Below are positions 31,125-40,658 of a stretch of DNA of 64,000 bases, in pieces. The translations under genes and the position numbers were made by a program. Within the stretch, counting starts at the first letter, position 1; each line of letters opens with the position of its first letter. A model generated the notes under the pieces. The model ran no database searches and was not told the DNA's origin. It saw only the letters and a list, made by a program, of their open reading frames with translations. This DNA comes from a plasmid: sequence record NZ_CP135254.1; one strand, given 5' to 3'.

Positions 31125-31215
31125 TGAATGCAGCAAGATTGCTGCATTCTTTATATAGATGATATCTTGCTGCAAGATATATGCTAGCTAAATGCTAGAT
31201 TGCTGCAAGATAAAT
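31125..31215. repeat. second TTGCTGCAAGAT repeat block (parC2) downstream of the parAG-like operon
   Basis: gaatgcagcaagattgctgcattc...atcttgctgcaagatat...agattgctgcaagataaatgc. Confidence 0.5.
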
Positions 31216-31254
31216 GCTATAATACTCAAACTGAGTAACTAAAAGACTTAGTCA

Positions 31255-31345
31255 AGTACGCAAGTTGAGTAGTTACCTGTTGTTTAGAATCATAATTACT
31301 CAATTTGAGTAGTTAAAGCATGTGGATAAATACTCAAATTGAGTA
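31255..31345. repeat. ACTCAA(A/T)TTGAGTA iterons, putative parC of type II parMR locus
   Basis: 4 copies of TACTCAA(A/C)(T/C)TGAGTA(A/G) upstream of parM; an extra copy at ~32812. Confidence 0.5.
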
Positions 31346-31348
31346 TCA

Positions 31349-32335
31349 ATGGAGATGGGTATGAAGATTTTTTGCGATGATGGTTCTACAAACGTGAAAC
31401 TTGCCTGGTTTGAAGACAAGACACTGAAAAGTGCTGTGTCAGTGAATTCTTTTCGCCATAACTGGAAAGTCGAGGGCTTGGGCAGCAGCCGTACCTATAA
31501 CTACCTGCTCGATGGCCGAAAATATACCTATGACCCGGTCAGCGAAGCAGCGATCAACACGACGCACATTGAGTACCAGTACTCCGATACAAACGTGTTG
31601 GCTGTTCACCACGCATTACTGAACAGTGGGATTGAACCCCAGGATATTGATCTCACCGTTACGTTACCTATCAGCGAGTTTTACACAGCTGACTGCCAGA
31701 AAAACATGCTCAACATCGAGAGGAAAATTAGCAACCTGATGCGGGAAGTCACCCTGAACAAAGGGGGCACTTTTACCATCAAAAGCGTTGAAGTTATGCC
31801 TGAATCACTTCCAGCTGTCTTTACTCGCCTGGTTGCTGATAATGTTGGCCAGTACGAAAAATCATTGGTTATCGATCTCGGTGGTACGACCCTAGACGTC
31901 GGGGTTATTGTTGGTCAGTTTGAAGACGTATCGGCAGTACATGGTAATCCGGATATCGGTGTATCAATGGTCACGAAAGCCACGCTGACAGCGCTGAAAA
32001 TGGCCAGCAGTGATACCAGTCCAATGATTGCTGACGAGCTGATTAAAAACAGGCTGAACCAGGATTTTGTAGGGCAAGTTGTAAATGAGGCTGCAAAACA
32101 GAATCTGGTACTGGATACCATTGAGACAGCGATACATAAGCTGGGCGAGCTTGTTGTTGATGATTTGCTGCAGTATCGAAACGTAAACCGCGTATACATT
32201 GTCGGCGGCGGCGCAGCACTTATTGCCGATGCTGTTCGTAAGGCATGGAGCCACCTCGGCGAAAAAGTTGTTCTTATGGACGAACCTCAGACAGCGCTGG
32301 TCCAGGCTATTGCACGCTTCAAAGCGGAGGAGTAA
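31349..32335 (+). CDS. parM: actin-like partition ATPase ParM/StbA
   Basis: KIFCDDGSTNVKLAW...NVLAVHHALL...DLGGTTLD...YIVGGGAAL motifs as in R1 ParM. Confidence 0.9.
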   Translation: MEMGMKIFCDDGSTNVKLAWFEDKTLKSAVSVNSFRHNWKVEGLGSSRTYNYLLDGRKYTYDPVSEAAINTTHIEYQYSDTNVLAVHHALLNSGIEPQDIDLTVTLPISEFYTADCQKNMLNIERKISNLMREVTLNKGGTFTIKSVEVMPESLPAVFTRLVADNVGQYEKSLVIDLGGTTLDVGVIVGQFEDVSAVHGNPDIGVSMVTKATLTALKMASSDTSPMIADELIKNRLNQDFVGQVVNEAAKQNLVLDTIETAIHKLGELVVDDLLQYRNVNRVYIVGGGAALIADAVRKAWSHLGEKVVLMDEPQTALVQAIARFKAEE

Positions 32336-32338
32336 CCG

Positions 32339-32731
32339 ATGCACGACGGCGAAGAAAGGAAAAAACTTTCACTGTACCTTCACCCGGAGGGCTATGCCGA
32401 TCGTCTTGCACTGGCTGAAATCGAAACTGTCCCCCGGAAAAACCGGGGGGAGTTATATCGGCAGGCTTTGATAACCGGCCTGATAATGCATCAACTTGAT
32501 GAGCGAATTCCTGCCATATTAAGCGCGTTGTTCACCAGAAAGCTGAATGCAGATGAGGTCATTAGCCAGATTGCAACGATAACAGGCTGGAAACCTTCTG
32601 TGGCTGATTTAAAAGATGTACTGGCAGCGTTGAGGGAACATAAGGAGACATATTCTCTAAAGCCCTCTGAGGATGATCTGGAACAGGCTCGTCTGAAAGC
32701 GGCCCGGGCGAAGATGAAAAACCTGGTATAG
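32339..32731 (+). CDS. parR: ParR/StbB-like adaptor protein
   Basis: 130-aa ORF immediately after parM. Confidence 0.55.
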   Translation: MHDGEERKKLSLYLHPEGYADRLALAEIETVPRKNRGELYRQALITGLIMHQLDERIPAILSALFTRKLNADEVISQIATITGWKPSVADLKDVLAALREHKETYSLKPSEDDLEQARLKAARAKMKNLV

Positions 32732-32981
32732 CAATGATTACCGAACCCAGCAAAGAATACGAAGTCTAGTGAAGCTCGATGATGTACGATGAATGGCCGT
32801 GACTGTAGATGATTGACTTTTACTCAAATTTGAGTAAGATAATCAGTGAGCGGGAAGCCAACTGCATTAGGGTGCAATAGTTGGTGGATGAACCCCATAG
32901 GAGCCCTAACTTCTGTGCATGGGTGAGACCTCAGCACCTTCCGTCTGGAGGTGTTAAATATAACACAGATGAAAGACTCTT

Positions 32982-33012
32982 AGCCGCACTCAGTTGCGGC
33001 TTTTTGTTATCT
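32982..33012 (+). terminator. putative rho-independent terminator
   Basis: AGCCGCACTCAGTTGCGGCT hairpin followed by TTTTTG. Confidence 0.5.
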
Positions 33013-33507
33013 GCTATACAGCAAAATTCCGCGCCGATGTTTATTGAGGCTCTTTGCTTCGGTATGCATGAAGTTCCAGAGTACTTTCCCTTCCCACGGA
33101 GCCACTACAACAAGCATCTGCTGCCGCTGTTTATAAGTTCCGATAAACATATACCGGCTCATTCCGTCATCGTACTCAGTTTCCCAAATCTCGAAAGGAT
33201 TCTCTAGAGTATCGAGAGCGAGCCTTACATAACGTTCTCTTGCATCAACTCTCTTTTCTACAATATGAGCTAGATTACTGCGAACTATACGCATAGAACC
33301 TATATGAGTTTGCTTTTCAATCTCAACCATATCTGCAACAGCAAAACCCATATGAAACTCGAGTAAGCCAAGGGCTTCTTCAGCGGTTGCACCAGCTGCA
33401 ATCTCATCAAGAGAGTCTCGTCTTTGAGCTGACTCTAAGTTACGAATATCAGGCAGGCCTAGGTCCTTAAAGGTATTCAGTCCCTCAATCGCTCTGGCAG
33501 GTGGCAT
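33007..33507 (-). CDS. hypothetical protein
   Basis: 166-aa ORF. Confidence 0.4.
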   Translation of the reverse strand: MPPARAIEGLNTFKDLGLPDIRNLESAQRRDSLDEIAAGATAEEALGLLEFHMGFAVADMVEIEKQTHIGSMRIVRSNLAHIVEKRVDARERYVRLALDTLENPFEIWETEYDDGMSRYMFIGTYKQRQQMLVVVAPWEGKVLWNFMHTEAKSLNKHRRGILLYSR

Positions 33508-33643
33508 AGAATATTCGTCTCATTAATAACAATTAATGTCGGCATTGTATCACAGCCTAGTTTGCAACTGAGCAGCCTTATTACCAGAGAATTGCGTCAT
33601 ACTAGAAGTATCGACTTGAGAGAGACTACCTACATGGTAGTGA

Positions 33644-33985
33644 TTATTGTTTTTTTATTTTTCTCATTAATGAGGAAAACGTTGATTGAATAACTAGATA
33701 GAAAAGGTATGGAACCATCCAGATAAGCTCGAATATGCTACTGTTTAGATGGGCTCGATGCGCCAGTTCTCGCTCGTGACGCTTATCTTTGATATGCTGC
33801 AATCGGTCATTTTCACAAACTGTCTTATCGATCTCACGTTCTATTTTACGTAAAAGCATTGCAGTGTGTATTTTCCGGAATACACAATATAAGCAAATAG
33901 CTAAACCAATATAAAGCAACAATTTCATGAGCTGTATCCTTATTTGAAAGACATAATAATACGGATAATTTAAGAAATCCATCAT
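33644..33985 (-). CDS. hypothetical small membrane protein
   Basis: 113-aa ORF with hydrophobic segments. Confidence 0.3.
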   Translation of the reverse strand: MMDFLNYPYYYVFQIRIQLMKLLLYIGLAICLYCVFRKIHTAMLLRKIEREIDKTVCENDRLQHIKDKRHERELAHRAHLNSSIFELIWMVPYLFYLVIQSTFSSLMRKIKKQ

Positions 33986-34524
33986 ACTTAAATCACTAAT
34001 TTTCCCCAGGTTTTGTGGCCGCGACTGTACCTCGTCAACATGTTCAGTTGAGAGGCCCCGTTTGGACTGTTATCGTTTAACGTGACCCAGTATTTTGCTT
34101 TCCAGTGGCCAGGAACGTGTCGTGCAAGGGAGTCGCTATTTCCCCTCTAATGCAATTACCCTCAACCGCCAGAAACAATAGAATCTTCACACGGGTTGTC
34201 CACCGTAAGTGGGAATTAAACGAGGGGCATAGAAAAGGCCGCTGGCGCGGCTTTTACCAACGGGAAGGTTCGAGAAGATTTTTAAAGTATACGTGGTCAG
34301 CGGCTATCTGTTCAGATGGTACTTTCCCTGCCAGCGCAATTTCGTACCACATATCCAGGATGGCTTGCCCCTGAGCGTGAAATTTTGCATAGTCATAGGG
34401 CTGTTCTGCCTGTTCTTTCATTTTTAGTCGGTTAAGCAGCATGAGCAGTCCAGAGTTCATCGGTGAATAGTTTTTTCTGGTTTGTATTGGTTTTTTGTTC
34501 AGTTTTTTTGTTATTTATCATGTA

Positions 34525-34812
34525 TTACCTCATCCGTTCGCTGGCCAGATTGTACACGTCACTACGTTCACGCTTTCCGACAGCCACAACAGCAATAATC
34601 AGTTGATCATCTATTACCTGATAGACCAGACGAAAGCCTGACGCGCGAAGTTTAATTTTATAGCAGTCCTTTATCCCTCTCAGCTTTGCTGAGGGGATAT
34701 GTGGTTCGTCACAGCACTTCTTCAGCTTCTTCGCAAACTGTTGCTGAATGGCCTTATCCAGCTTTTGCCATTCCTTCAGCGCATCTTCCCTGAATTTGAC
34801 CGTATAAGTCAT
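34525..34812 (-). CDS. relE: RelE/ParE-family toxin (StbE-like)
   Basis: 95 aa; DALKEWQKLDKAIQQQFAKKLKK...IKLRASGFRLVYQVIDDQLII is a RelE signature. Confidence 0.85.
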   Translation of the reverse strand: MTYTVKFREDALKEWQKLDKAIQQQFAKKLKKCCDEPHIPSAKLRGIKDCYKIKLRASGFRLVYQVIDDQLIIAVVAVGKRERSDVYNLASERMR

Positions 34813-35060
34813 AGATATGTGTCCAGATCCACGTCAAGCAGTCGCTGGTTACTGCGTTCTGAAACCAGCTTTGCCAGTTCCTGATCATCCAGGGCATCGA
34901 GCATCTTCTCGTAAAGCTCTGCCGGGATGCAGTAAAAAGCGGGCTGATTACGGTTCAGAATAGCGACCGGGAAGCCGTCGCCGGCACTGACCGTCGCCAT
35001 CGGGTTTTTTTTAAGTTCGCTGATGCTCGCGCTTGTGTCACTCAGAATAATGTTGGGCAT
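34809..35060 (-). CDS. Phd/YefM-family antitoxin (StbD-like)
   Basis: 83 aa; overlaps the toxin start. Confidence 0.8.
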   Translation of the reverse strand: MPNIILSDTSASISELKKNPMATVSAGDGFPVAILNRNQPAFYCIPAELYEKMLDALDDQELAKLVSERSNQRLLDVDLDTYL

Positions 35061-35076
35061 AGTGCACCTTTAAGAC

Positions 35077-35124
35077 TTGTTAACAGGTCTCAAATATAGC
35101 CCTCACATGACCAGTTAACAAGTC
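35077..35124. promoter_or_regulatory. inverted repeats AAGACTTGTTAAC...GTTAACAAGTCTT, putative TA operator/promoter
   Basis: Seen directly upstream of the antitoxin gene. Confidence 0.5.
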
Positions 35125-35226
35125 TTTTAAACGGTAGGTGTGCAAAATATCCGGAGGGCGAGGGTACTGGTGCTCGTACCCATCCTGGTAGCCATGCAAG
35201 CCAGACCCGGGCTGAGCCACTCCGGG

Positions 35227-36501
35227 TTAAAACCTGGCGACCGGTAACTCTTTCCAGCGGGTTGTATATGCCGGTGACAACATATCCCTCTTCATCTGCC
35301 ACTCAGGAGCAATACCTCTGCCGGCAAACCAGATTTTCCCAAGCCCTGAGTGATTAATGCCATCGAGGACTTTCATCAGAGCATCACTGTGCGGCCGCGG
35401 CTGTATCTCATCGAACAGGTTCAGCTGAGAGACCCCGTTGGGACAGAAATCGTTCAGCATGACTCCCGCTTTTGCGTAGCGGTGACCAGGTACCCAGATC
35501 CTGTCCAGTGCGTTAACTGCAGCGGCGATAATATCCCGGGAGTCTCGCGTTGGCGTACTCAGTTTTTCCGTCGAGATATTCCCGTAGTACGGCTCTTTGA
35601 CGGCGAATGGCGAAGTTTTGATGAAGGCTGAGATATGCCGGCAGTACTGTCGTTCACCACGCAGCTTTTCTGCTGCCCGCTCAGCATACTGACATATGGC
35701 CTGGCGGAGCTCATCATAGGTGGTGATCCGCTGCCCGAAGCTGCGACTGCAGACGATCTGCTGTTTGGGCGGCGGTGCTTCCTCCAGCGAAATACAGCTC
35801 TCTCCGTTCAGCTCCCGGACAGTTCGCTCGAGCACAACGTTAAAGTTCTTCCGGATAAACGTCGGGTTAGTCAGCGACAGCTGCAGGGCTGTTGTGATCC
35901 CCATCGCCTTCAGTTTCTTCGCTATCCGGTTTCCCACCCCCCAGATCTCCTCCACCGGCTGCAGGCTGAGTAATTTTGCTGTCCTGCCAGGATTATCCGG
36001 CGACAGCGCCAGCACTCCCCGGAACTGTGGCCATTCTTTCGATGCCCACTGTGCCGATTTCGCCAGTGTCTTTGTGGCGCCGAAACCGACACCGATTGTG
36101 AGCCCCGTACCACTCAGGACGTGCCCGCGCAGCTGCCTGCCAAATTCTTCCAGATCCATACAGTGGCCAATGCCCCGGGCATCGAGGAAACACTCATCAA
36201 TAGAATACTGCTCAACACGGGGAGATAACTCTTCAAGCAGGGCAACCACGCGGTTACTTAGACTCGCATAAAGCTCATAATTACTTGAAAATACGAACAG
36301 TTTTTCCGGGAATTGTACGTCTTTCAGCTGGAACCACGGCGTACCCATTTTTATGCCCAATCGCCGTTTGGCCTCTGGGCTTCTGGCGATCACGCAGCCG
36401 TCGTTATTACTCAGGCAAATGACGGGTTTTCCTCTTAAATCCGGGCGAAATACTTTCTCGCAGCTGGCATAGAATGAGTTGACATCGGCCAGAGCGAACA
36501 T
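35227..36501 (-). CDS. mucB: Y-family polymerase subunit MucB/UmuC, second paralog
   Basis: 424 aa; ~70% identical to the 6450..7724 product. Confidence 0.95.
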   Translation of the reverse strand: MFALADVNSFYASCEKVFRPDLRGKPVICLSNNDGCVIARSPEAKRRLGIKMGTPWFQLKDVQFPEKLFVFSSNYELYASLSNRVVALLEELSPRVEQYSIDECFLDARGIGHCMDLEEFGRQLRGHVLSGTGLTIGVGFGATKTLAKSAQWASKEWPQFRGVLALSPDNPGRTAKLLSLQPVEEIWGVGNRIAKKLKAMGITTALQLSLTNPTFIRKNFNVVLERTVRELNGESCISLEEAPPPKQQIVCSRSFGQRITTYDELRQAICQYAERAAEKLRGERQYCRHISAFIKTSPFAVKEPYYGNISTEKLSTPTRDSRDIIAAAVNALDRIWVPGHRYAKAGVMLNDFCPNGVSQLNLFDEIQPRPHSDALMKVLDGINHSGLGKIWFAGRGIAPEWQMKRDMLSPAYTTRWKELPVARF

Positions 36502-36926
36502 CAGTCCGTGCCCCGTGTTTTGTGAATAAACGCGGTGACCACGCCAAAAATCTGGAGCGTCTCCGGGTCCGGATACAGGACAGGGTAAGCCGGATTCATC
36601 GCCTGCAGGGCAGGGCGGGGGGTCAGCAGAAGGCGTTTAACCGTGAACTCCCCCTCAATCTCGGCAATGACGATATCGCCATGCCGGGGTTTTTCCGCTT
36701 TATCAACGACCATCAGGTCACCGGAGTAAAGACCGATATCCGTCATGGAGTTTCCGATGGCCCGGACAAAATAGGTCGAATGGCGCCGGCGAATGCAGTA
36801 TTCGTTGAGGTCCAGCTCCGATTCGGTGTAGTCCGCGGCCGGAGAGGGGAAACCGGCCGCACACCGTTCAGTGAAAAGCGGCAGGGTGAGTGTTCCGGGG
36901 TTGAGTGCTGCAGGTGTGAATTCCAC
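36501..36926 (-). CDS. mucA: MucA/UmuD, second paralog (GTG start)
   Basis: FPSPAADYTESELDLN...GNSM...KRL motifs. SD AAGGAG lies 6 nt before a GTG. The longer ORF to 37085 reads into the intron's 3' end. Confidence 0.8.
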   Translation of the reverse strand: MEFTPAALNPGTLTLPLFTERCAAGFPSPAADYTESELDLNEYCIRRRHSTYFVRAIGNSMTDIGLYSGDLMVVDKAEKPRHGDIVIAEIEGEFTVKRLLLTPRPALQAMNPAYPVLYPDPETLQIFGVVTAFIHKTRGTD

Positions 36927-36944
36927 CGTTTCGCTCCTTATTGT

Positions 36945-38851
36945 CGCGGTAGGGATACCCGTTACCGGATACCCCCCGCACAGATCCCGGCGTGCGCGAT
37001 TTACGCACCGGGCTCCTGCCTCGGGTGTCTGGCGGTGAACCGCTCCACAGGCCATGGATGAAGAACCCGAACCCTTGGTAGCCATGCGGCTGCCAGTTTG
37101 TTTGCTTTCGTCCAGGTCGTATCATCCTTCTGGCTCCTGCGCCTGAGCGCCCGGCGCCAGAGGTTTGTTACGTGTGTCCTGAACTTCTGCATGGTGGGGA
37201 AGTTGCCCGGTACCGAGTGATAGTTCAGGTATCCCTGAACCACTCTCCTGAGCCATTTTCCCTGTTCGGGGATTGAGTAATGCCAGCGCCTTCGCAGACC
37301 GTCTTTGATGGCTTTCAGAGTTGCCGTCATCCGATCCCGGCGGGTCTTTCGTATCAGCATGAACCTGCCGTTGCGATCTTTCCCGCTGATGTGCGTGAAC
37401 CCGAGGAAGTTGAACGTTTCTGGTTTGCCTTTTCCCCTGATGGCACGGTTTTCGGCAGCGAAGCGGCCGAACTCCATCAGACGGGTTTTCTCCGGGTGAA
37501 CCGTGAGTCCGAACTCCCTCAGTCTGCGCTGCATGGCTATACGGAAGCGCCGGGCATCGTATCGTTTGTCGAACCCGATGACGATGTCATCGGCGTATCT
37601 GACCATTACCACATTGCCTGTGGCATAGCGACGTCGCCACTGATGCGCCCACAGATCGAAGACGTAGTGGAGGTATATGTTTGCCAGCAGCGGTGAGATG
37701 ACCGCACCCTGTGGGGTGCCTTCCTCCGTTGCTCGCCATTGACCCTCCTCCGACGTCCCGGCTGTGAGCCACTTACGTATGAGCCTGATTACCCTCCGGT
37801 CGCCGATCCGATGCTCTGTGAACCTGATCAGCCATTCGTGGCTCACCCTGTCGAAGAACTGACTGATGTCGGCATCCAGTACCCAGTTTACGTTAGTGCG
37901 TACCAGCCCTGTGGCCAGTGCGTCCAGTGCATCGTGCTGGCTTCGCCCGGGTCTGAACCCGTATGAGAACCCCATAAAGTCGTTTTCATAGACTGCGTTC
38001 AGGATTTTCACCAGCGCATACTGGACGATCTTGTCCTCCAGCGAGGCGATGCCGAGCGGGCGTTGTTTTCCATCCGCTTTTGGGATGTAGTGACGCCTGC
38101 CGGGCTGCGCCCTGTAGCTGCCCTGATGTAGCCTCCGGTGCAGATCTGTTATGTTGTTCTTCATGTTTCCGGCGTAGTCCATCCACCTGATGCCATCCAC
38201 TCCGGCGGCCGCTTTCCTGCTCAGGGAGAGGAATGCGGCTTCCAGTGCTTCGACTGTCAGCAGGTGGAACAATGCTGTAAACCGTTCTTTCTTCCGCTGC
38301 TTCGCAGCTTCCCGCACGCGTGACAGCCTCTGTGACATGCTTTCCCGGCTCTGTGTCCGGCGCATGTGTGGCTGTTCCGCGTTCCCCTTGGCCCCGCTCC
38401 TTCGCTCCACTGACTCCGCTCCTTTCGGGTTGTTCGCCTGCTTCGCCGCTACTATGAGCGAGTCCGACTTCTCCTCTCCGTACATCACCGGCTATGACTC
38501 CTCGTCTTCCCGGTGCGGGCCATCTCCGACGCTGGCAGATGGTCAGAGGGGAGATCTCCCGGTTCCCGCGTAGAGATCGTATTGACATGCCAGGGTCTCA
38601 GACCCCGCCGGGTCCATGTGGCACTCGCAGTATCGCACCCTATGATGTTGCCTTCCGTTAACAGTACAACGTCGGCACCCGGTAATTTAATATACATTTC
38701 GTGGCTCAATGGCTGGCCTGTCAACACCCCTGTCAACGCTTCGCCCCATACCTCGCGGTATGCAACGCATGACTCGGGGACCTTGTGGATTGCTGGTCCT
38801 TCAATGGTCGGGGACTTTCACCCCTTGATCTCTACCGGTCTCCCGGCGCAC
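36945..38851 (-). mobile_element. bacterial group II intron (~1.9 kb) with RT/maturase ORF; 5' end GTGCG abuts the LexA box
   Basis: The minus strand reads ...ACAGT|GTGCGCCGGGAGACCGG at 38851. IEP ORF with RT motifs inside. The 3' boundary is approximate, just upstream of the mucA SD. Confidence 0.7.
37001..38365 (-). CDS. group II intron-encoded reverse transcriptase/maturase
   Basis: RT domains 0-7: FTALFHLLTVEALEAAF...AAGVDGI, PQGAVISPLLANIYL, VRYADDIVIGF (YADD); C-terminal X/maturase domain. Confidence 0.85.
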   Translation of the reverse strand: MRRTQSRESMSQRLSRVREAAKQRKKERFTALFHLLTVEALEAAFLSLSRKAAAGVDGIRWMDYAGNMKNNITDLHRRLHQGSYRAQPGRRHYIPKADGKQRPLGIASLEDKIVQYALVKILNAVYENDFMGFSYGFRPGRSQHDALDALATGLVRTNVNWVLDADISQFFDRVSHEWLIRFTEHRIGDRRVIRLIRKWLTAGTSEEGQWRATEEGTPQGAVISPLLANIYLHYVFDLWAHQWRRRYATGNVVMVRYADDIVIGFDKRYDARRFRIAMQRRLREFGLTVHPEKTRLMEFGRFAAENRAIRGKGKPETFNFLGFTHISGKDRNGRFMLIRKTRRDRMTATLKAIKDGLRRRWHYSIPEQGKWLRRVVQGYLNYHSVPGNFPTMQKFRTHVTNLWRRALRRRSQKDDTTWTKANKLAAAWLPRVRVLHPWPVERFTARHPRQEPGA

Positions 38852-38870
38852 ACTGTATTTATATACAGTA
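38851..38870. promoter_or_regulatory. LexA (SOS) box of the second mucAB-like operon
   Basis: caCTGTatttatatACAGta. -35 TTGCAA (38894..38899) and -10 AATAAT (38871..38876) lie on the minus strand upstream. Confidence 0.75.
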
Positions 38871-39044
38871 ATTATTTTATCTGCAGCGCTTTTTTGCAAG
38901 CCTCTTTCACATCGAAATCGCTAAGGCTCTGCTGCCAGAGCGAAAACAGGCCGTGGTTGCAGAAAGAGAGTCCCGGGCCCCTTTGACCCGGATATGCTGT
39001 AATATACTGATATCATCTGGTTTTCATCCCTTCAGGAGATACTC

Positions 39045-39275
39045 ATGTCACCAGGCTTCAGAAATGTGCTCCGGTTCGCCGGCGTGCCCGTGGACAGCGC
39101 TGAACCTGTCCGCAGAAAATATGGCAGTCGCATGATTGGGATTGTGACGCTCTGCCTGCTCCCGCTCCTGGTGTTCGACGTCCCGCAGTGGGTTTTCATT
39201 TTATCGCAGATTATCTGGGGGGCGGGCGTATATATCGGCCTGTCCGTGGCCGGGGATAACTCCCGGAATCGCTGA
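39045..39275 (+). CDS. small two-TM membrane protein (paralog of 8631..8861)
   Basis: 76 aa. Confidence 0.6.
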   Translation: MSPGFRNVLRFAGVPVDSAEPVRRKYGSRMIGIVTLCLLPLLVFDVPQWVFILSQIIWGAGVYIGLSVAGDNSRNR

Positions 39276-39400
39276 TGCTTTGTTTTTGATTGTACAAAAA
39301 AAGAACAGGTTTGGTGACACCTGTCTTCCCGTGCCTCTCAGGCTTCTGCCTTCAGGTTATCCACAGCCTTAAGCCCTGCGTTTGTGGACAGGTATTCTGA

Positions 39401-39665
39401 TGATCCTTCCTTCGCCCGCTGCCAGTGTTCCGCGTCCGGCTGTTCACGGGACGGGCGGCTTTTCCGCTCCGGCCCGGCGCCGCTGGTATTTTGCGCCAGT
39501 CCCTCGCCATTCTAAGGATCGGCCTTCAAGCCGCTTTCGCGGCATAGCCTCGCCGTCGAAACGACTGACGGCTGCGGTATTCCACGGTCGGCATTGACCC
39601 GTTACCGGCCGCGGCGTACAGGCAGCGTGCGGCAGGGAAGGGTATCGCGGTGATATCTCCTGCAC
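39401..39665 (+). repeat. family 1 repeat copy b
   Basis: Alignable to 9021..9285 and 40368..40648. Confidence 0.4.
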
Positions 39666-39709
39666 ACACTGACCACAGAGGAGTCGGCGGGATACCGCCC
39701 GAAAAGCGA

Positions 39710-39943
39710 ATGGAAAAACGTATGACCGTAAAAGCTTTCATCACACGCCTGTCAGCCTTCCCTGAAGAGACACTCTGCTGCGGGACATTCTGGCTGGCTG
39801 ATGACTTTCTGGCGCTCGACAGCACCCTCACTGAAGACGATATTGATGCTGCAATGGAGTGGGCACAGGACAGCCATGATGCGAATGACGGATTTAACTG
39901 GAGCCACCTGCAGGCGGCAATCGATGAGGTGAAGCGCGTATGA
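39710..39943 (+). CDS. hypothetical acidic protein
   Basis: ORF; stop overlaps the next start (ATGA). Confidence 0.4.
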   Translation: MEKRMTVKAFITRLSAFPEETLCCGTFWLADDFLALDSTLTEDDIDAAMEWAQDSHDANDGFNWSHLQAAIDEVKRV

Positions 39944-40275
39944 ATACCTGGCTTGCAGGGTTAAGTGTCGAACTCGAAGGCACAGAAATGATAGTACATC
40001 ACCTGATTACAGCGACAGACCTGGAACAGGCAGAATCCGCCATCATGGAAATGGGGCGCACCTGGTGGCCAGCGCTGAAGCGGGAGGATGACCGGCACCG
40101 ATGGGAATATCCGCAGGGTGTGGTCTGGTTCAACAGCATCATCCTGCTTGAGGACGTGGAAAACAGTATTTTGCGCGGCCTCAAATTCCTCGACGCATGG
40201 ACAGTAACCGGTATGCCTGATGCTCCTTTACTGTGTGATGAGTGGGGCAATGACTGGCGGGATATCACTCGCTGA
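39940..40275 (+). CDS. hypothetical protein
   Basis: 111-aa ORF. Confidence 0.45.
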   Translation: MNTWLAGLSVELEGTEMIVHHLITATDLEQAESAIMEMGRTWWPALKREDDRHRWEYPQGVVWFNSIILLEDVENSILRGLKFLDAWTVTGMPDAPLLCDEWGNDWRDITR

Positions 40276-40367
40276 CCTGTTCCTGACCGGGCACCTGGCC
40301 CGGTTTTTCGCTTTCTCATGCCATCGCCTTTTCAGGCTCCGCTTTTATCCGCGACCGCCATGCGGCG

Positions 40368-40648
40368 TGGGGGATGAACCTGCCACCCGCTGCCAGTGTC
40401 TCGCGTCCGGTCTGATACGGGACGGGCGGTTTTTCCGCTCCGGCCCGGCGCCGCTGGTATTTTGCGCCAGCCCCTCGCCACGTTAAGGAACGCCCTTCAA
40501 GCCGCTTTCGCGGCATATCCTTGCCGCCATAAAAACTGACGGCTGCGGTATTCCACGGTCGGCCTGACCCGTGACCGGACGCGATGAACAGGCAGCGTGC
40601 GGCAGGGAACGGTATCGCGGTGATGCCTCCTGCCCCCTCTGACTACAG
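40368..40648 (+). repeat. family 1 repeat copy c
   Basis: Alignable to copies a and b; directly upstream of the methyltransferase. Confidence 0.4.
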
Positions 40649-40658
40649 GAGTGCTGCC

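Noticed and set aside
36945-37000. Tried to identify intron domain V/VI hairpins by eye to fix the 3' splice site.
   Set aside because: Could not confidently fold a 34-nt domain V from the sequence. The 3' boundary is therefore given only approximately; computational folding is needed.
36927-37085. N-terminal extension of MucA (MATKGSGSSSMACGAV...) in the ORF track.
   Set aside because: The extension reads through the 3' domains of the group II intron. An SD AAGGAG plus a GTG start at 36926 gives a UmuD-length protein that aligns with the paralog.
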